The notes beneath the pieces are model-generated. The model was given only the letters and a program-made list of their open reading frames with translations, was not told the DNA's origin and searched no databases. Of a stretch of 64,000 nucleotides of DNA, positions 46,343 to 56,194 are shown piece after piece. The stretch spans positions 37,242 through 101,241 of IMG/VR virus record IMGVR_UViG_3300045125_000031. One strand, given 5' to 3'. The position numbers were made by a program, and so were the translations under genes. Source of the DNA: a virus. How positions within the stretch are numbered: the first letter of the stretch is position 1; each line of letters opens with the position of its first letter.

Positions 46343-48542
46343 TACAGAGTAAGATAAACAAAAGAAAGGTGGTCTAAAATGACTACACTAACAAATAACA
46401 ATGTGCCGAGAGCACAACCCTATGAAATCTGCTATCTCAGAAATCGGAGATGAGCAATTTACTTTCTGTCAAGATTGTGAAAATAACATTGAGCGTTGGT
46501 ATGACGATACTGACCCTGAGCGTCTACCTATGTGGACAGATTGGAAAGTGTCTAAATGATAACACAATACATTGACCAAAACGAGTTTTATCTTATCAAA
46601 GATGAACAGCGTTTCTGTTGTGGCGAAAGCCAATTCCGCTATGTGTGTAAAGCGCATGGTGAGGCAATGGGTTGCTACTATTGCGAGTTTAACTATGATG
46701 AGAATTGCGAGGAACAACACTAATGATAACTCTTACACTTACCTCCTATAATGGCAATACTAAGAAAATGCCTTTCTATACAGAAAAGCAAGTGCGTAGT
46801 TTTATTTCTGCGCTACCCTCACACCTTAACAAAACAACTTCGCTAAAAGTAGAGTGTGACCTATTAGCAATTAGCGGAACAATTAGAGGAGAAAACTAAT
46901 GATAACTAACTATGAAATGACACAAGAGATAAAGTCTCTTGCTACTAAGCACTATGGTGACAATGACCTTGCATGGATGTGGGGATGTGCTCAAGCACTA
47001 CTTACCGCAACACAATTAGAGTTAATTCTTGGAATACTAAAAGATAAGGAGGTTCAGTAATGCAAAAGTTTATTTATTCTATTGCCGTTGAGGTAATTGC
47101 TGAGGATCAAGATGAAGCAACTTGGCGTATCTATAATACAAATCTAAGCGAACTAAAAACAGATTGCTTTGAGATTGAAATTGAGGAAATTGACTAATGA
47201 AAACACTTCAAGAAAAATTAGACGAAGTTGCAAAAGAATTAGAGCCAATACTTTGGGATCTACTTGATGAAATTGAAAAATAAAAATAAATAAAAAGTTT
47301 TTTGCAAAATAAAATTGCAAAAAATTCCTAGGCAATTTTCCTAGCGTGTCGTCCACAGGCTGTGGATAACTAATGTGTTTAAGGTCACACTTTTATTTCC
47401 CCGAAATACGGCGTGTCGATTTGACTTTTTGAGATTTTTGTGTTAAACTATCCATAGTTAAAAAATAAAGAAAGGATAACTAAAAATGGACTATTTAGAC
47501 TATTTAGACGAAATCTACGAGGAATTAGTAGATGAATTCGGTCATGAAATCGAATCAAATTGTATCCATGAGTGATACAAATCACACGCCCTGAGCGTCT
47601 CATTATTTGAGAATACTCGTGGGTAACTTGAAAAAATAACAAAAAAATGAAATAATAGAATTATTAGAAACTAAGAAAGGTGGCAACTATGTCAGCCAAT
47701 TTATACACTATCGAAAACCTACTCGTAGGAAAAATCTATCGCTCAAAAATCTTTGACGGGTGAAATCGTTTCAGCAGAGCCACACCCTGAAGCCGTATGG
47801 TATGACGGCGCAGAGGCTTATCGTGTAGAGGTAAGAAATGAAAATGGCGGTTATACCTATCGCTCAGTAGCAGTAAAGGTTGGTGACTAATGAAACTACA
47901 TGAATTTCAAGAATTAGTAAAGTCGCAACGCCAAGCGCAACAATTGACAAACTTAGAGAAAATCGCTAAAATTGTAGAAACAACAAAAGAAAAGGAAATT
48001 AACTAATGACTACATACACAGACTACCCATTCAATGCTCAAGGAATAAATTTTATTTCACGAGTACATACAGACTCACCATTCGCACGACAGATTGCTGA
48101 TTTGCCAGCAGGCGTATTTGAAACAATGAACATTCAAGCAGTTTCAGATTTAATGAATTTATCAACTTTCACACTTGATGAAATTAAATCAGAATTGGAC
48201 CGAGTAAATGAGGGCGGAACTCATGCGTTTATTTTGTTAGGAGAAAATAACTAATGATGACACGAAAAGACTATGTCCAAACTTCAAACATTCTAAAAGG
48301 ATTTAGCGAGGAAATTCATCCCGCAGTCTTTGAGGATTTAGTAGAGGAATTCTCTCAATACTTTCAAGCAGATAACGAGCGATTTGATAAAGCAAAATTC
48401 GAAAAAGGCTTGCGGTGTTGATGAGTTAGGATTGATAGACGCATGAACAGATTTTTAACTTCCCTTGTTCAATTATTTTTGTGGCTTCCAATTTTATTTA
48501 TAATTTATTCAGAAATAAAATCAAGAAAACAAAACTAAAAAA

Positions 48543-48568
48543 ATCCTGAGCATGATCTAAAACTGCTC
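48543..48568 (+). ncRNA. H-type pseudoknot motif copy 1
   Basis: ATC-CT-GAGCA-T-GAT-CTAAAAC-TGCTC. Confidence 0.65.
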
Positions 48569-48727
48569 AAATTTTTCCTAGGCCGTTTTCCACAAGGTCA
48601 GACTAAGTTATCCACAGGTCATTTAAGATGTGATCAAAAACACACCCAGATTTTACGGCGTGTCGTTTTGATTTTGTCAGTACAAAATGATAGACTTACG
48701 GAGTAAGAATAAAGAAAGGAAACTCAA

Positions 48728-49226
48728 ATGGGTTTAGACATGTATCTTAGTGCTAAGAAGCACTTTGCCAAGATTAATTGGCAAGCATTACAGGCTAATG
48801 ATGAACTATCTTATAATTCACCTGAAGCCGTTTTCCGTCAATTTAATGATTTAATGGAATTGACACAATTATCCTAATGTTGCAACAGACATCTATGGAG
48901 CAACAGTAGAAGTCACTTGTGCTTATTGGCGCAAGGCTAATCAAATTCATGCTTGGTTTGTAAGAGAAATACAAAAGGGTAATGATAACTGCGGTGAATA
49001 CTATGTATCACAAGACCAACTAAAGCAATTGCGTGACCTATGCCAAAAGGCATTGGATAATCGTGACCCTAATCTATTGCCACCACAAGAAGGATTTTTC
49101 TTTGGTGGAACAGACATTGACGAATGGTATTGGCAAGACCTAAAGAATACTATTGCCCAATTGGACAGGATTTTTGCCCTGCCTCAATTGTCCGATTTGT
49201 CCTTTTCCTACAGTTCTTCATGGTAG
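48728..49226 (+). CDS. Conserved phage protein (MGLDMYL/YWRKAN family), frameshifted
   Basis: MGLDMYL, YWRKANQIHAWFV, LLPPQEGFFFG and YSSSW motifs. Confidence 0.7.
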
Positions 49227-50567
49227 GGAGCGTGTCGGGTTGAAAATGTCAGCCCGACATGATAGGATTTATTTATAAAGAAAGGAAATAATATGAATAA
49301 GAAAAAAGCACTTGAAACTATTGCTAATTGTAAATTATGTAGTGGTATTGGCTATGAAGGTTGGGCGCATGGCGAGGATTTTGATATTGAGTGGTGTGAT
49401 TGTAACCCTGAACAACTAACACCAGAATTAGGATATACCTATCCTGAAAGAGATACTTGTATCGGTTGTAATGAAAATGGAGTATCGTGGGACGAACTCT
49501 ATTGCTACACTTGCTATCTTGCTAATAATGCTGAGATAGATTATACTCAGATTGACCAATTATTTATAACACAGGAGGCTAACTAATGGGAAGCAATATG
49601 GCAACAGAAATGGCAGATGGTACTCTAAGCGATTTAGGTATTAACTTAACTATTGAACAACAGATAGGGATACACCTATCGTCTAATCACTACCCGCCCG
49701 TACCCGCTATCATGATACCTGCTTGTATTGAGGCTATCGATGCCGTTAATGACGCAGGGCTGTGGGATTTAGATATTCAGATGCCTGAAGGCGTATCTTA
49801 TAAGGGTTTGACTACTGCCCCAGCATGGGCTATTATTGAACAACACCACCTAAATGCTTGGATTATCGAAAGAGAGGAATACTAAGATGGAATACTTATA
49901 CTCAGTAACTTGTACCTATGACGGAGAGGCTACACCTCGTTGGATTGGTAGATTTAGCGATTGTCTATCTGCCGTTGAAAGTTATCAAAAGTTTGTTGAT
50001 TGGGGAACTGCCGTAGAATACTCAACAATTAACTTATCAGAACCTAATGGCAAAATGCACACTAAGGTATTTAATAAAAATGGAAATGTAAGTATGCGTT
50101 AAATGTCTGATACAATGTTGAATATGGAAGACTTCACTGCTGTAGATATTCTCAATGCCGACCAGTTAGAAGTAGGAGATCTAATTGGTATCGGTGGAGA
50201 GATTGTAAAGGTGCTTGCAATTTCACCACTTCACTATGGATTTAATCTTGCTATAGAAAATAATTTTGGCGAAAAAGATTTTGTTGATGTAAGTGAAGAT
50301 GATAATTTTAAATTGTATATAGAAAACTTCTAAAAACCGGCCTAGGCAATTCGGACATATTCGGACATTTGCATTTTTGTTATTTTTATGATAAGATTAT
50401 TACATGATGAAAAAAACGGCTGAGGAATTACGCAGACTTATGGAATTACGCAGGTCTAATGCTGCAACTCCATTAAGGAACAAAAAAGCCTACTCCCGTA
50501 AAGTTAAACACAAAAAATTTGACTTATCAAAATAAAAATGTTATAATAAAAATAAAGAAAGGACCCC

Positions 50568-51287
50568 ATGAAACTAAAACGTAGCATGGATAGGAAGGTA
50601 ACTAATGCTGTCTCACCCAACGGAAAAACCCCAACAATTGCCAACACTTTTGGATTGCCTGCTGGTAAGGCTTTCTCGTGCCCTGGTGCCACTAACACTT
50701 GTGAGAGCGTTTGCTACGCAGGAAAACTTGAAAGAGTCTACAAAGGCGTAAAGGCTGTCTTACTTCATAACTGGGAATTACTAAAAGACGCTGACCATGA
50801 CACTATGGAAGCATTGCTCATGGACATGATTGCAGACTTTAGAAAAGATTGTGAAAAGAAAGACGCTCCTATGCTATTCCGTATCCACTGGGACGGTGAT
50901 TTCTTTAGTGATGACTATGCATTTGCATGGAAGACACGTTATTCTTAATAATCCTGATGTAAAGTTCTGGGTCTATACTCGTGTAGCCTCTGCTGCAGAC
51001 ATACTCAAGGGAATTGATAATCTTAGCTTATACTATTCTACGGATAAAGACAACAAAGAGATTGCTATTAGTCTAAATAAGGAAAAGGGTATTCGTTTGG
51101 CATACCTTGCAGATACCTTCGCAATTGGGCAGGCTGATCTAAAGGCAATGATAGGCAAGGTAGGGGCTAAGTGCCCTGAGAATAAAAAGGCTATTCCCTA
51201 ATTGACAAAGAGGGGTCTGCTTGTGTAAAATGTAATTTATGTGTTAGCAACAAGGCTGACATAGTGTTTAGCGCAAAGAAAAAGTGA
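50568..51287 (+). CDS. Gene product 88-like Fe-S protein (frameshifted)
   Basis: FGLPAG..CPGAT..C..VCYA, FRIHWDGDF, FWVYTR and terminal C..C..C motifs. Confidence 0.7.
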
Positions 51288-51468
51288 TAAATGAAAATCC
51301 TATTACTAATCTTGTGGGCTATCTTTATTGGGATAATTTTCTACCCACCCCTAAAGTGACCCAAATCACACGAGAGAAATCTCAAAATGTGAGAAAATGT
51401 CAAAAATAACTTGACACGGCAAGAAAAAATGTCATAATAGTAGTATAACCAACAACAAAGGAGAAAAA

Positions 51469-51636
51469 ATGTCAGTAGCAACCGCAACTTACAAGGTAGG
51501 CGACCTATACACTTCACAGAAGTCAAAGGTCACAGGCACAATTACAGAAATCAAGCCAAATCAAGACGGCTCATCTGTTCGTGTCAAACTTGATGTAAAT
51601 GGCACACCACGCTGGACAACTTGGACAGCAAAGTAA
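51469..51636 (+). CDS. 55-aa beta-barrel (SH3-like) protein
   Basis: MSVATATYKVGDLYTSQKSKVTGTI...; paralog of 52255-52422. Confidence 0.6.
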   Translation: MSVATATYKVGDLYTSQKSKVTGTITEIKPNQDGSSVRVKLDVNGTPRWTTWTAK

Positions 51637-51652
51637 TTCTCAATACGAGAAA

Positions 51653-51681
51653 AGTCCTGAGTATGACTACTAAAACTGCTC
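51653..51681 (+). ncRNA. H-type pseudoknot motif copy 2
   Basis: AGTC-CT-GAGTA-T-GACT-ACTAAAAC-TGCTC. Confidence 0.7.
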
Positions 51682-51746
51682 ACTTGACTTTCTAACTAAA
51701 AAATGTTAGACTTGACATAACCCAAACCCACTAAGAAAGGAAACAA

Positions 51747-52166
51747 ATGGCAAGAGGAAAAGCGATAAATGTAAAAATCGCTACAACTAAGGTTATCAAA
51801 GCCTTAGAAACTAAATTAGCAGAAATCAACAAAGATTTCGCAAATCAAGAAGCAAACGAGGCTAAGTATGATAAGGCTCGTAAAGCATGGGCTAAAGAAG
51901 TAGCAAAACTCGCAGTTGCTCAAATCGCAAAGGCTGAGAACTTCTCTGCTAATAAGCGATACAACAATGAAATCAACATTGACTTCAACATACCTGCTGG
52001 TCTTATTGACCTACCTGCTGAACCTGAGCGTGAGCATAAGACAATGAACGATTGGCAGTATCGTGAAATGGTTGAGGAAATTGAGAACGCAATTCGTATT
52101 CTCAAAATGACAGATGAGGAAGTAGTTTCTACTTCTACTTACAACGCTATCGCAAGATACCTATAA
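51747..52166 (+). CDS. Hypothetical coiled-coil protein
   Basis: Intact 139-aa ORF with strong RBS and its own promoter. Confidence 0.7.
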   Translation: MARGKAINVKIATTKVIKALETKLAEINKDFANQEANEAKYDKARKAWAKEVAKLAVAQIAKAENFSANKRYNNEINIDFNIPAGLIDLPAEPEREHKTMNDWQYREMVEEIENAIRILKMTDEEVVSTSTYNAIARYL

Positions 52167-52254
52167 TCAAGATGGCGGGTGCGTGGGCTATTGACAACAC
52201 CCGCCAAACTTGGTAAAATAAATACAAGACCCAATAAATAGAAAGGCAAAACAA

Positions 52255-52422
52255 ATGACATTAGGCGGATACACTTACCAAATCGGTGATTTATTCACAA
52301 CAAGCAAAACAGGAGTTACAGGTCGCATTGAAAAGTTTGTTCCACAAACTCGTAATGTAACTAAGGTTATGCTTCGTTTAGCAAATAACCAAACTCGTTT
52401 CGCAATGGTAAAGACTTACTAA
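52255..52422 (+). CDS. 55-aa beta-barrel (SH3-like) protein
   Basis: MTLGGYTYQIGDLFTTSKTGVTGRI...; upstream TTGACA-17-TAAAAT promoter. Confidence 0.6.
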   Translation: MTLGGYTYQIGDLFTTSKTGVTGRIEKFVPQTRNVTKVMLRLANNQTRFAMVKTY

Positions 52423-52434
52423 GAAAGGAATAAC

Positions 52435-52638
52435 ATGCTAAAAAAGTTATTATTGGAATACAGGCACTATTTGTTTTTTTGGTTAGTTGCTGGTGTTGCA
52501 GGTGCAAACTGCGAAGCAGAACAATATCAGGGTGCTTGTGAAGCAGGAACTGGAATTGGTTTGTTTTTAATAATGATGTTATGGGCAATTGTAGATATTA
52601 TTCTATTGCTTATTTGGTTCATTACTCGTAAGAAATAA
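52435..52638 (+). CDS. Small two-TM membrane protein
   Basis: Two hydrophobic helices flanking a Cys-pair loop. Confidence 0.55.
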   Translation: MLKKLLLEYRHYLFFWLVAGVAGANCEAEQYQGACEAGTGIGLFLIMMLWAIVDIILLLIWFITRKK

Positions 52639-52707
52639 CTTTCTTTCCTGATAAGCCCCGCTAAAAAATGAAGTGGCGAAAGTCCTTGCGGGTATTCCTG
52701 GAAAGAT

Positions 52708-52734
52708 CATCCTGAGCATGATGTAAAACTGCTC
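52708..52734 (+). ncRNA. H-type pseudoknot motif copy 3
   Basis: CATC-CT-GAGCA-T-GATG-TAAAAC-TGCTC. Confidence 0.7.
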
Positions 52735-53554
52735 CACAAAAATCGCCTAGGCGGTGTGATTTAAATCATAGTCCACTATGTGAGATGATTTACGTACTTG
52801 ATTTGATTTTCCCCCATAAAAATGCTATGATTATATTATCTTAAGAAAGGATAATTAAATGATTAGTACCGCAATAGCCCTACAGAATGTAACAAAAGAA
52901 GCAGTTCACGACGAAATAATAATGAATATGGCTCGTGCCATTTATCACACTAAAGACGGCATGTCTCCAGATGAGTTTGCCCAAGCCTTATATATGTATT
53001 CAGGAACGTTGGCTGCTTTAACAACTACATTAGTAACAAGTGTATTATTGACAGAAGCAGAAATAGATGATATGGTTAATACAATTAAAGAAATGGAAAC
53101 AATGGGAAAGGATGTTGAATAATGGAAACTCCATTTAATGCAACAATTAAAGAATATGTAGCAACAGAAGACTTTCTAAAGTCAGAAATTAAAAAGAAGG
53201 ATGAGCGAATCAAGCAACTTGAGGAGCATACTTCTGTAGTAACTCAGCGTTCATACACTGAATCTGCAGAGCGCAATCGCATGCGTAATGAAATGCAGGA
53301 ATGGACCCTGGAGCAATTGGATGAAGATTCAATCACTGAATCACAGGCAGAAGAAATTGCAAGCATTTGTGGTTTTGAATTAGCCAAGGAATTTGAGGCT
53401 GAGGTAACCGTCCAGTACTCAATTACAATTAATGCACGTAATGAAGAGCAGGCACAGAATGCAATCTATGATATTGATTTTGATTCAGTCTCATACAACG
53501 GCGATGCAATTACCTATTTGTCAGGCAGTGTCGACAGAATAGAAATTTAAAAAT

Positions 53555-53656
53555 TTGCAGGGTTCATGAAAGGCCCTGCAATGTATACGGATCCTATCTT
53601 TCATCCTTTCTTAAATAGGACCGTAAGGGACCTGAGCACGTCCATGTAAACTGCTT
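53555..53656 (+). ncRNA. Structured RNA: two kissing hairpins plus pseudoknot copy 4
   Basis: Stems TTGCAGGG/CCCTGCAA and TACGG-TCCTAT/ATAGGA-CCGTA with complementary loops ATGAAAG/CTTTCAT, then GGAC-CT-GAGCA-C-GTCC-ATGTAAAC-TGCTT. Confidence 0.65.
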
Positions 53657-53816
53657 TATAAATTTCCTAGGCACCTAGCCCGCAAAAATTCAAAATGTCA
53701 AGTATTTAAGATGTGTTTTACGTCACGTCCAATTTATCCCCTTTTACTAAGCCTATTTGACTTTTGTCGGTTGTTTATGCTAAGATTGTTAAAACACTTA
53801 CAGAAAGGACAAAATA

Positions 53817-54833
53817 ATGGCGCATGAATTAGAAACGCAAAATGGCGTTGCTTCTTTCGCATCATTCCGTGAGCCTGCTTGGCATGGTCTTGGCACAGTA
53901 TTCACGGAAGAAAAAACAACAGCAGAAATGTTATCTGCTGCTAACCTAAACAATTGGAATGTTCGTCTTGAGGACGTAAATGTTCCATCTCACTTATCAT
54001 CAGATAAGAATTATCAATACGTTATCCGTACTAACCCTACAGATAATACACAGACCGACATTCTTGGTGTTGTCGGTGAGCGTTACCATGTTTTACAGAA
54101 TGAAGATTTATTCTCATTCGGTGATAACATTCTTGACGGCGGAGGTCGTTGGGAAACGGCTGGCTCTATTCGTGGAGGTCGTGTCGTATTCGGTTCTCTT
54201 GCTCTTGAGCGTGAGACAATTCTTGACCCTAATGGTGTTGCCGATAAGGTAAAAACTTATTTGCTTATCAACACATCACATGATGGTTCTATCGCTATTC
54301 AAGCAAGCATAACACCTGTTCGTGTTGTGTGCGCTAATACTCTTAACCTTGCTTTAGGTTCTAAGCGTGGAAAAAATGCTATCAAGCAGACATTCAAGAT
54401 ACGCCACACGCAGACCGCAAGTGGTAAGGTACAAGTTGCTCGTGAGACTCTTGGTCTTGCTAATAAGTACATGGACGCTTTTGATGTTATGGCTAAGGCT
54501 ATGATTGAGAAAGAAATCACAGCGCAACAGTTCAATGACATTGTGCTTGCTGCTTATCCAAAGCCTGATGAAGAAAAAAAGGGCGCACTTACTCGTTGGA
54601 CTAATAAGGTTGATGTTATCAATGACATCTACACAGGTGAGTTCAATGGAATGATTGCGGGTAACGCATGGGGTGCTTTCAATGCACTAACTGAACGCCT
54701 TGACTGGCATCGTTCTGCTCGTGGTGGAAATACTGAGGCAATGCTTGCTGCTGCTTCTGGTTTTGACCCATCAATTACAGCAGAAAAAAATCGTTTGCTA
54801 AGTATTGTAAAAAATACTTTAGCGATTGCATAA
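53817..54833 (+). CDS. DUF932/DUF945 phage-plasmid protein (TIGR03299-like)
   Basis: PAWHGLG, YHVLQN, WETAGSIRGG, NTSHDGS, PVRVVCANT and IRHT motifs. Confidence 0.85.
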   Translation: MAHELETQNGVASFASFREPAWHGLGTVFTEEKTTAEMLSAANLNNWNVRLEDVNVPSHLSSDKNYQYVIRTNPTDNTQTDILGVVGERYHVLQNEDLFSFGDNILDGGGRWETAGSIRGGRVVFGSLALERETILDPNGVADKVKTYLLINTSHDGSIAIQASITPVRVVCANTLNLALGSKRGKNAIKQTFKIRHTQTASGKVQVARETLGLANKYMDAFDVMAKAMIEKEITAQQFNDIVLAAYPKPDEEKKGALTRWTNKVDVINDIYTGEFNGMIAGNAWGAFNALTERLDWHRSARGGNTEAMLAAASGFDPSITAEKNRLLSIVKNTLAIA

Positions 54834-54842
54834 GTAATCGCA

Positions 54843-54869
54843 ACTCCTGAACATGAGTATAAACTGTTC
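54843..54869 (+). ncRNA. H-type pseudoknot motif copy 5
   Basis: ACTC-CT-GAACA-T-GAGT-ATAAAC-TGTTC followed by a T tract. Confidence 0.7.
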
Positions 54870-55459
54870 ACTTTTTTATTTTGCAATTGCAGATCATAAA
54901 ATAAAAATAAAAAATTTGCTAGATAAACCAAAATCCACACAAAACGGACATTGTATTTTTGATTTTATTTTATTACGTAGCACTTGATTTTTTTGCTGGA
55001 TTGTGGGACAATTAATACATGACCCTAAAAGTAGAAATATATGAAATGGAATATTCCGTATCCCCTGGTGGTGTAGATTGCTGGGAGGTTAATATACAAG
55101 GCTATGGATCAAGTAGATGTATATCTGACTTTGATACTGCTGGTCAGGCTCTTAATTGGGTAGTTGACCAATACCCTGACAAGATGATAGAATTGACAGT
55201 AACATCATTACCTGCCTATGAAAAGGAATATGCATGAGACAAACCTTTAAACCCTACACAATTGATGAATTAGTTACAACTATCTATGAGGACAATTTAG
55301 ATCATTTTGAGTTCATGGAGAACATGAATGGTGGAGATTGTGACTGTGCTTTACACAATACTATGAATACTATCATTAGGTATTGGGGAGAGTAGGACTT
55401 GACATACCGTTGCATTTTTGCTAAAATTTAATTACGAACCCACAAGAAAGGACCCCTGA

Positions 55460-56194
55460 ATGCCAAATTGGTGTTACAACTCATTATCTATCGAAGGTAG
55501 CAAGGAAGAAATCTCTGCTATCAAAACACAACTTAACAAACCATTTACCATAATGCATGACCAATGGAACATGGAAACAGGTAAAATGGAGTTAACAGAG
55601 ACAGCCTATTCTAATCCTGTCTTTGCATTTCATAATATATATAATCATACACAGGCTGGTATTAGTGATGAGGAATATATTCAGCAACCTGACCATTCCC
55701 TACCAATTGAGGAAGCCATGAAGTTTAAGGGCAACCATTGGTACGATTTCAATGTTCGTGAGTGGGGTACCAAATGGGATGTAGCCGTTAGAGACGGAGA
55801 AGACTATCCTGAGACTGAACTAATGGAGGAGAGTGATACTTCTCTTGCATACCGTTTCAATACTGCGTGGTCTCCACCTCTACCTGCGATTGAGGCTTTG
55901 TCTGGACAGTACCCTGATGTAGAGTTTAATCTATCTTACGAAGAAGAAACTGGCTGGGGTGGAGAAAATCTATTTATCGACGGTAGCGGAACTGAGATAG
56001 AGGTTTATAACAATAAGTGTAGAGACTGCGATTCATTAGATAGTCTTGAGTATTGTGACAATGGCTGTGGTGAGGTTTGTAATGAATGTCACTACATGGG
56101 CGAGGCAGACCTTGAAGAAGTTGCGGAATGTGAGGACCACAAGATATACTTAGATAACGTACCCGATTATAGAAAGGACCAACTTAATGTCTAA
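55460..56194 (+). CDS. DUF1281/YubB ferredoxin-like domain protein
   Basis: MPNWC.N, WYD....WGTKWD and FNTAWSPP motifs. Confidence 0.8.
   Translation: MPNWCYNSLSIEGSKEEISAIKTQLNKPFTIMHDQWNMETGKMELTETAYSNPVFAFHNIYNHTQAGISDEEYIQQPDHSLPIEEAMKFKGNHWYDFNVREWGTKWDVAVRDGEDYPETELMEESDTSLAYRFNTAWSPPLPAIEALSGQYPDVEFNLSYEEETGWGGENLFIDGSGTEIEVYNNKCRDCDSLDSLEYCDNGCGEVCNECHYMGEADLEEVAECEDHKIYLDNVPDYRKDQLNV

Noticed and set aside
48543-54869. Pseudoknot motif as a known riboswitch (fluoride, preQ1 or SAM-II type)
   Set aside because: It lacks the ligand-binding consensus nucleotides I recall for these classes, and it sits 3' of genes ahead of new promoters, not in 5' leaders.
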